DNA of 32,000 nucleotides, taken from contig JAZKFH010000022.1 in NCBI GenBank assembly GCA_040386535.1, positions 51,247 through 83,246 on the forward strand. The letters are read 5' to 3'. The translations under genes and the position numbers were made by a program. The notes beneath the pieces were generated by a model that saw only the letters and a program-made list of their open reading frames with translations, was not told the DNA's origin and ran no database searches. This DNA comes from Myxococcota bacterium. GTDB lineage: Bacteria; Myxococcota_A; UBA796; SXON01. Positions 16,478 through 23,900 of this stretch are shown here, in pieces (the stretch's first letter is position 1; the number at the start of each line of letters is the position of its first letter).

Positions 16478-19400
16478 GCAACGACAATCTGAACGCGTCC
16501 ACTCTCATTGTAGAATCCGAGGCGGAGCTCGAGCGAGCGCTCGACGAGCTCAGCCGAATTCTGCCCCTGCCCATCGCTCAGTGCCTCGGTGTCGGAGGGA
16601 TCCGGCGCGACATTCCAACGCTGTTGTTCAGCGCCGAAAGCGCGCTGCGGTTCCTCGCCGCCGTCGTGAAGGCAATCTACTTGGCTGGGCCGATCAGGCC
16701 CTCGCAGGAGGTCAACGACCTGATACGACGTTTCCTAATTTGGCCGTCGACTGGAAGTTGGTGGAACTTCTTGAGGGGGTGCCTGCCACTGTTTCGCTCC
16801 GGCGCGCTGACAGGTGGCTTCCCGGGCATCGTGACGATCCTGGAGGCGCTCCCGGCCCAGGACGTGAATCGAATCATCGAGCTGCGAAACGCGGCCCACG
16901 GGCACGTGGGCGCCCCGCTCGCGCCCGAGCTGGAGCAGGTGGTGCGTGCCGAGCTTCTCCCTCTGGTGGCGAGCGTCCTCCAGACGCTCGCCCCGCTCGC
17001 CGCGTGGCCGCTGGTGGTCTACGACGCTCGGCTCGGAATCTGGTTGCGTTGTATGGGCCCCGCTCCGACCCCAGAGACGCGCGACCTGGGCGTAAACGCT
17101 CCATACCCAGCCGTGCTCCTCGACACACCGCTCGGAGACCTCCCGCTCTTCCCTCTGGTGGTGGGTACCTTCGACGGGTATGTCCCGGCTTTTGACTTAG
17201 GGAAGACCGAGACGGTGTTGGTGTACGACGGCGTCGACGTAGACCGTTCGCGAATCGTCTACGTGGGACGACACGGCCGCGGGCATGGCAAGCGGTGGTT
17301 CGAGGACTACCGCCGTCGCCTACAGGAGCGGTCCGTAGCGCTCGTCCCCTGCCAGGCCCAGGAGCTTCCGGGAGGTGAGCTTCTCGATCGGCTCCGTACC
17401 TGCTTCCTACAGACGGTCGATCTCCTACGTGCGCAGGGAGATTTCGACGGCGGGGCCCAACGTCTCGACCCTGCCGCGGTAGGCGCGCTCAACGACTCGG
17501 TCGCCTCACCAGCGCGCATAGCGATCTTGGCGGGAGAGGCCGGGATGGGGAAGTCCACTCACCTCGTCGCGCTTGGACAGCGGGTGCTGGCGGGAGGCGG
17601 TGCGGTCATCCATCTGGACGCGCGCATGGTCCTGTCGGATCCAACGCGCGCCTTCCGAAGCTCCCTGAGGGTCGCCCTGGAGGGACAATTGGCTCTCCTC
17701 GGCGCGTCGGAAGCGTTGTTGAACCTGGCGCAGGCCGCAGTGAAGGCAGAGCGGGGAGACGCAGGGCGGGTTGTGCTCCTGATCGACGGGATCGACGAGG
17801 TGGGCAGCCCAGCGCGCGGGAGTGGGGTCCTCTCCGAGTTGGCGGACTGGCTGCGTCGCAACGCCGACGCCCTACCACAGCTGCGCGTCGTGCTCGCTGT
17901 GCGGGGCACCTACCTCGCAGCGACCCAGCGGTCATCGAAACCCTTGGCGCCGATCGCCGATCGCCTTTATCGCCCCACGCGCCGCGGGGCGAGGGGCGCT
18001 GATGCCGTCGAGGACGCCATCTACCTCCTCCCACTCGACCCAGATTCCGACGAGGTCGACGCGCGGTACGAGGCCTATCGAGCGGGCGTCCCTTCCCGGC
18101 GCCCTCTGACGCCGTTCAACCAATTGTCTCCCGCCGTCCGCGACGCGTGCCGCAACCCCCGTTGGATGGTGCAACTGCTGTCGGAGTACCACGCCCGAGA
18201 AGTTCCGGCGCTGGGTGGGGCAGCGGAGCTCTGGGAGGTACTCGTGAGACGGGAGGTCTTCGCGCTGGTGGGGGGGCGTCCGCTCTACCCCGGGCGCGTG
18301 CGGCTCCTCGACGCGCTCGCCGCCGCGCAGCTCGACCAGGGCCGCCTCTTCGTGCCGCTCCACACACTCGAAGCGGACCCACAAACCGGGCCGCTCGTCC
18401 TGCGCGACTCCCCCCGAGAGGAGTTGATGGCGCTGCAGTCGGTGGGGCTCTTGTCCGTCGAGGGCTCGGACCCGCACGATCCCTTTGGGCCGCTGGTCGT
18501 TGGCCCCGCGAGTGAGGGAATGGCCGTGGCGCTCCTCGCGAACGCTCATCCCTTCCGCACCGGTGTTCCAGAGGGTTGGGTCACCCGTGTGGAGGCACAG
18601 GCATCGACCCCTCTCTGGTCGTGCGTGTCGGACGCCGCGCTTCAAGTACTGAGCGTTCGGGCGACACGGGATGGCTTCGGCGCGGTTCGCAGCGCGGCAG
18701 AGAGGCTCGACGTCGGCCTTCAAGCCCGGCTTCTGCTCCGGGTACTCGCGGATGCCAAAGCGGCTCGGGGCGTCCTCCCCCTTCCCGGTTTGGACGAGGC
18801 CGAACGTGAGCTGCTCGCGACGCTTCTCCTCGCTACGGCTTGGGGCGCCGGGCAGCAGAAGGTGCTGCTGCCCCTCGCGGAGCAGCTCCTGCAACTCCCC
18901 ATGGAGGAGCAGTCCGCCGCCACCGTCGAGATGGTGGCCCGAATCCTGCGACATTCCGAACGTGTCCCCGAGGCTGAGAGTTGGCTCGAAACCGTCATCG
19001 CAGCGCGGCCGGATCTGGAGTGCTCCGCCGGGTTCCAGCGCGCTGAACTGCTCCGCGACAAGGGGCGGTGGCGCAGTGCTCGTCGCGCCTATGCGGGCAT
19101 CGTCGGAATGCCCGTCGATGTTTCCGTTCGGGCACTCGCACTGGCTGCGCTCGGAGAATGTGAGATCTGGACAGGACAGAAGGTGGAGGCCTTGGAGCAC
19201 CTCGCCGACGCCCTCGAACTCATCGGCGAGGCCGACGCGCCGACGGTAAAATGCAACATTCACATCAAGCGTGGCATCGCCGCACGTCTGGCCCGGCGAT
19301 ATCCGCTCGCCGTGAGCGCATTGCTTGCGGCCGAGGCCATCGCGTTGCGACTCAATTACCGAACCGAGCTAGCCAAAATCGAACTCGAACTGGGGCTGGT

Positions 19401-19746
19401 GGCCTGCGCCGTGGATCGCTTCGACGAGGCTCTACAGCATGTGGATAGCGCGTTGGAACGCCACCGCGCTCAGGGGTTCGTCAAGGGCGTCAAAAAGGCA
19501 ATGTACTGTCGCGGCCACGTTCTTCAGCGCGCGGGGCGCCCAGGCGCGTTCGAAGCCTTTCATGAGAGCCTCGCACTCAACCAAAAGCACTTCGACCTCC
19601 TGGGCTTGCAATTGAACCATCGGGCGCTCGCCGAGCTCCTCCGTACATCAGACCCTGCAGCCGCCACAGAGCATGCCCAAAAGGCTTTCGAGTTTGGCAA
19701 CCGGCTCGACCGGGAGGAGTCCCCCCATGAACGCGATCTCTTGTAG
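16474..19746 (+). CDS. STAND (NACHT-like) P-loop NTPase with an N-terminal helical HEPN/DUF4145-like module and C-terminal TPR repeats (~1090 aa)
   Basis: The GTG at 16474 overlaps the upstream TGA (GTGA), and GGAGG at 16462-16466 lies 7 nt upstream. Walker A is IAILAGEAGMGKSTHLV (about nt 17533-17559). Walker B is RVVLLIDGIDEVG (about nt 17770-17802). The N-terminal module carries IIELRNAAHGHVG (nt 16879-16905). The C-terminal ~300 aa have TPR-like helix pairs (for example GRWRSARRAYAGIVG, GQKVEALEHLADALEL, DRFDEALQHVDSALERH). Confidence 0.8.
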   Translation: MSNDNLNASTLIVESEAELERALDELSRILPLPIAQCLGVGGIRRDIPTLLFSAESALRFLAAVVKAIYLAGPIRPSQEVNDLIRRFLIWPSTGSWWNFLRGCLPLFRSGALTGGFPGIVTILEALPAQDVNRIIELRNAAHGHVGAPLAPELEQVVRAELLPLVASVLQTLAPLAAWPLVVYDARLGIWLRCMGPAPTPETRDLGVNAPYPAVLLDTPLGDLPLFPLVVGTFDGYVPAFDLGKTETVLVYDGVDVDRSRIVYVGRHGRGHGKRWFEDYRRRLQERSVALVPCQAQELPGGELLDRLRTCFLQTVDLLRAQGDFDGGAQRLDPAAVGALNDSVASPARIAILAGEAGMGKSTHLVALGQRVLAGGGAVIHLDARMVLSDPTRAFRSSLRVALEGQLALLGASEALLNLAQAAVKAERGDAGRVVLLIDGIDEVGSPARGSGVLSELADWLRRNADALPQLRVVLAVRGTYLAATQRSSKPLAPIADRLYRPTRRGARGADAVEDAIYLLPLDPDSDEVDARYEAYRAGVPSRRPLTPFNQLSPAVRDACRNPRWMVQLLSEYHAREVPALGGAAELWEVLVRREVFALVGGRPLYPGRVRLLDALAAAQLDQGRLFVPLHTLEADPQTGPLVLRDSPREELMALQSVGLLSVEGSDPHDPFGPLVVGPASEGMAVALLANAHPFRTGVPEGWVTRVEAQASTPLWSCVSDAALQVLSVRATRDGFGAVRSAAERLDVGLQARLLLRVLADAKAARGVLPLPGLDEAERELLATLLLATAWGAGQQKVLLPLAEQLLQLPMEEQSAATVEMVARILRHSERVPEAESWLETVIAARPDLECSAGFQRAELLRDKGRWRSARRAYAGIVGMPVDVSVRALALAALGECEIWTGQKVEALEHLADALELIGEADAPTVKCNIHIKRGIAARLARRYPLAVSALLAAEAIALRLNYRTELAKIELELGLVACAVDRFDEALQHVDSALERHRAQGFVKGVKKAMYCRGHVLQRAGRPGAFEAFHESLALNQKHFDLLGLQLNHRALAELLRTSDPAAATEHAQKAFEFGNRLDREESPHERDLL

Positions 19747-19893
19747 CCGATGTCGCTTTGCCATCGGTCCCATCTGCACGAGGGGCCTGACCATGCCAGG
19801 GGAGCGCGCCGTCAATAGTGTCCGTGACATCGGCGGGTTCTGCCTCGAAATGGAGGAGGCGGACGGAGGCGTTGGCGGTGGACCGATATGACG

Positions 19894-19919
19894 GCCGGCG
19901 GGGATGGGCTCCTGCCGGC
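19894..19919. terminator. Candidate stem-loop in the convergent gap between the STAND gene and jetD
   Basis: GCCGGCGGG (19894-19902) pairs with CCTGCCGGC (19911-19919). This gives a 9-bp stem with one G-T wobble and an 8-nt loop. There is no flanking T-tract on either strand, so any terminator role is speculative. Confidence 0.2.
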
Positions 19920-19971
19920 GCATCGACTTCCAACTCGCCCACTGTCTGCCACCGCCGTGGTCGCGTTCGTT

Positions 19972-20973
19972 CTAAGGAGGGTTGGAGACAGGATCGGACG
20001 CCCTCTCCAACTCCCCCACCAACCGCCCATCCAGCACAAACACCTCCTGCTCCAGCCAACGCCCCGCATCCATCAACACCCGGACGATCGGCGGCACCTC
20101 CCCCAACCCCTCGGGCCACTCTCCCAGCAATGCGCGCGGCAGGTACTCCTCCGCGAATTCGGGGATGAACCACCGCAAGCCGGGCCATGCTTGCAGCAAC
20201 ACGCGAGCGATGGCGACGCCGTTCGGATCGAGGTCTCCGAACAGCAGCGCCGGCGTGTCTGGCCACGCGTCGCGAACCTGGGCCACCATCCGGGTGTTCC
20301 ACCCGGGGACGTGCACGGCGCACCACCCCAGAGGAAGCGGCACATCGACGTAGACGCCGAGGTTCTCGACGAGCAGGATCGCGCGCGGGGGCTCCCCACC
20401 AAGGCGCGTTCCCGCCCGGAACGCGCGATCGGTGACACACACCTCGCCACAGAGCGCCACGAATTCGACGGCGCTCACACAAAACCCGTCCTTCTCCAGC
20501 GCCAATGTTGGATGCGGCCGGAGGCGAAGGAGATTATCGTGGGTGACGGCGGTCTCGCCGAGGGCCGCGAGCTCGAGCTCACCCAGGCCAGCCTTGGAGT
20601 GGTTCCGCAGCGCCGCGGCCACGGTGCGACGGTTCAGCGAGTCGGGCAATCCGACGGGGAGTTGCTCCCGCCTCCGCGCATCGCCCAATCGTCGCCACCC
20701 AGCCGTGGTGCTCTTCTGGCCCGCAGCTCGGAGCGCCGCGGCCCCCTCGCGCCACCCTGGCCAGAGCACGTCGAGGCGCGCCTCGACGTCGGTGCGGTGG
20801 CCCTCCCGCAGGACGACCTCCCCGCGGCGCGCCGTGACGTCCACCCATCCCGCCTCAGACGCGAGGTCGCAGGCCTGGGCGTTGCCCTGGTTCCGGGCGA
20901 GCCGTCCCTCCTCGAGCAGCAGGAGCCAGGCAAGGCACTCGGCCAGCTTTGTCGCGTCGCTGGGGGCGCTCAC
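19972..20973 (-). CDS. jetD: Wadjet JetD (MksG-like) Toprim-domain nuclease subunit
   Basis: The GTG at 20973 overlaps the jetC stop (GTGA). The Toprim-type acidic residues are AILLVENLGVYVD (Glu codon at 20365-20367) and LLFGDLDPNGVAIARVL (DxD). The gene is last in a jetA-B-C-D order. Confidence 0.85.
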   Translation of the reverse strand: MSAPSDATKLAECLAWLLLLEEGRLARNQGNAQACDLASEAGWVDVTARRGEVVLREGHRTDVEARLDVLWPGWREGAAALRAAGQKSTTAGWRRLGDARRREQLPVGLPDSLNRRTVAAALRNHSKAGLGELELAALGETAVTHDNLLRLRPHPTLALEKDGFCVSAVEFVALCGEVCVTDRAFRAGTRLGGEPPRAILLVENLGVYVDVPLPLGWCAVHVPGWNTRMVAQVRDAWPDTPALLFGDLDPNGVAIARVLLQAWPGLRWFIPEFAEEYLPRALLGEWPEGLGEVPPIVRVLMDAGRWLEQEVFVLDGRLVGELERASDPVSNPP

Positions 20974-23900
20974 GCCTCGGTCCGGCGTCCGGACACGTCC
21001 ACGACCGACTCGCCTGCCACGAGGCGACGGACGAGCCGATAGGTGATGTTGCCCTCGGACTGGGCGACCTCGGGCGCCGCCACGAGGAGCTGCAGCTCGA
21101 GGTTGTCGCAGAGCTCGAACAGCGTCTTGAGGTTGTCCTGGGAGAGGCGGTTCGCCTCGTCCAGGAAAAGGAACCGGATCGAGCCGTGCTTGCGGGCCGC
21201 CCGCCCCAACGTCTCACGGCGCTCCCAGGCCGTGAGAACGACCATCATCAGGGCCGCGCCGACACCGATCGCCTCGCCGGTCGACATTCGGGTCGCGTTC
21301 GCGGGCTCCCACTCGGTGCTGCCCTCGCGCTGCACCCGCACGGAGAGATCCAGGTACTCGCGATAGTCCAGCAGCCGGTCACCCGCGATCCGCCCGCCGG
21401 TCTCTCGCTGGTAGATCGCGGCGAGCGCGTTCTCCAGTGTCACGCCGGGTTGGAACAAGGCACCCTGGGCCTGTTCGCCGCGCAGGGCATCGAGGAGCTT
21501 GTTCATCTCGGGGCGGCGGCGGGCCTGCACGTCCACGCGGCGGATGCTGCCGAAGTGGACGGCTTCGAGCTCTCCGCTCAGGCGCGAAATCAGCGTCGTG
21601 GCGCGCCGCAGGCTCTGCCCGATGTGGTTCGCCACGGTCGCGGAGCTCCCCTTGAGCTGGTCCTCCTGGCGCATCAGGGTGCCGCGCAAGGCGACGAGGT
21701 GGCGCCCGAGGTCGGAGAGCGCCTTGACCGGGTCGTCGCTCTCGCTCACGTTGGGTGGCACCCGCTCGCGCACCCACGCGCGGACCCCAAGCCAGGTGCG
21801 GACGTAGTGCTCCCAACGCAGGTCGTCGCCGTGGCCGCCCTCCATCAGCGTGATCAGGGTTCCTGCGTGGGCGGCGTGCTTCAGGTGCGCGCGCAGGACC
21901 TCCTGGGCCTGCCGAGCCAATTGCGAGAGTTGGATCGACGCGGAGTCGCGCACCGCCTCCATCACCGGCTCGGCGAAGATGCCCGCGGCGAGGGAGCGGG
22001 CCTCGATCTCCGCGCCGAGGGCCACCCAGGCATCCTGCGCGGGCTTCGCCTGGACCTCCGCCTTCCCCAACGCGTCCTTCGCTTCCGCCTCGGCCTGCGC
22101 GGCGGTTTCGAGCGCGATCTCCGCGCGGGTGCGCCCTTCACGCGCCTCGTTCGCCCGTCCCTTCGCCGCGTGGTGCGCCTCCGTGGACGCCGTCACCGCT
22201 TCCCGCGCGGCCTCGACGGCCCGTGCATCCGGCTCGCCGACGCCGAGCGCCGCGAGCATCTGCTCGAGCCGCACGACGTGCTGCTCCGCCGCCTCCAGGT
22301 CGTTCCGTGTCGAACCGACCCGGAGCCTCGCGTTGGAGGACGCCGTTTCGGCCTCCGTCCACGCGGCTTCGGCCAGCACGGCGCGCCCCGTGGCGGAGGT
22401 GTGTGCATCCCGGAGCGACTGCTCGCCGGTCTCGGCGCTCCTCAGTTGCTCGGGTGCGTCGACCCACGCGAGCGCGTCACCGTTGGACACGAGCCAGTCG
22501 AGCGCGCGCGCGTCGGCGTCCTCGCGGTCGCGGGCAGCCTCGAGGCTCGCCAATCGCGCGCGGAGCCCGATCACCTCTGCGACCGAGGGCGGCACGACCT
22601 GGAGGACCGACAAGCGCCGGACGAGGGTGGCGGCCGCCTCGTGGCAACGTTCGAGCGCTGGGGCGACACGCAACACCCGTTCCAGCCGCGCCTTGACGGC
22701 GTCCCGCTCCGCGGCGGCGTCGCCCGCGTCGAGGAGGTGCGCGTCAGGGACGAGCTTGGAGAGGCGCGCGTCCCGGGTGGCGGCGCTCGCGTGCGCCGCC
22801 ACCGCTGCCGTGTGCGCCTGGGCTGCGTCCTCGACCACCGAAGCGGCGACCGCGGCGTCCCGACGGCCACGCTCGAGCTCGAGCGAGGGGTCGGGCGCGA
22901 GCCAACGCGCGGCCTCGCTCGCCAGCTTGCGGAGGGTCGCGGCGGAGTCCCCCGCGGCGTTGGCGTCTCGCGCCAGGCGGAGGGAGTCGCCTGTGGCCGC
23001 CCCGGCCCCTTCCCGAAGCTCGGCCACCCGCCGCCGGCGCGCCTCGGCTCCCAGCACGGGCTGCACCGGGTTCCTGCTGACTCGCACGGCCCCACCCTCA
23101 TGGACGACAACGCCGGGCGCGTGCCGGTCACCTGGGAGCACGTCGGCGACGGAGGAGACGAGCCACACCTCCTCCGGAAGATCGCCGTGGGCCACCAGCC
23201 GCGCGGCCGCCTCCACCGGATCGCGGACGAGGATCCCCTTGCGGAGCGGCCCGAGCAGCGCCTCGGTCGTGGCGGCATCTTCGAGGGCGACCTCGTCGAA
23301 GCGACGGACCACGAGCTCCCCGTCCACGACCTCACACGCCTCGACGAGGTCGGCGGCGAGGCCTCCCTCGGAGGACGCGAGCCGGTCCGCCTCGGCTGTG
23401 TGGGTTCGCGCGAGGGCCGCCGCGGCTTCGGAGGCGGCACGCAGCCGATGCTCCTCGGTCTGAAGCCGGGCCTCCAACGTCGTGAGCCCCGCCACGTCGG
23501 CTGGGAGCCCACCCACACACTCCGCGATCTCCCGCCCGAGCGCCTGGATCGCCCGCCATCGCGGCAGCTCCGCGTCCAGCTCGACGAGGCGCGCCCGCAC
23601 CGCGACAAGCCGGGCCTGCGCGGCCTCGTGCCGCTGTTTCTGCTCAGCCAGCGTCGCCACGCGGACGTCGCGCTCCTCTTTGGCCTGGTTTGCGGCGCCG
23701 ACCAGCTCTCCTGCAGACGCGACCTCCAGGCCGAGCGCGTCGAGCCGCTCTCGGAGCACCCGTTGCTGGTCGGCCCGCTGCGTCGCAACCCTCAGGCGCT
23801 TCCCCAACTCTTCCCGCTCGCCGACCGCTCTCCGGAGCTCGCGGAGCAACGCGTCCGTAGCCTGGCCACGGTCCATCGCATCCGTCGGAGCAACGGGGCC

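Noticed and set aside
5482-19746. Calling the operon DISARM
   Set aside because: PLD and SNF2-like genes are present and a methyltransferase is nearby. However, I saw no DUF1998-type (DrmB) protein or DrmA-like partner. Hsp70-like, GrpE-like and STAND genes are not DISARM components as I know them. I keep it only as a comparison to test.
5482-19746. Search for a DnaJ/J-domain partner (HPD tripeptide) to complete an Hsp70-GrpE-DnaJ triad
   Set aside because: Scanning the seven products by eye found only HPG, HPK, HPF, HPM and HPA, and no HPD. No J-domain is claimed.
19888-21042. 384-aa plus-strand ORF opposite jetD
   Set aside because: It is antisense to jetD, which carries Toprim motifs and is coupled to jetC. 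The product is Pro/Arg-rich with no motif.
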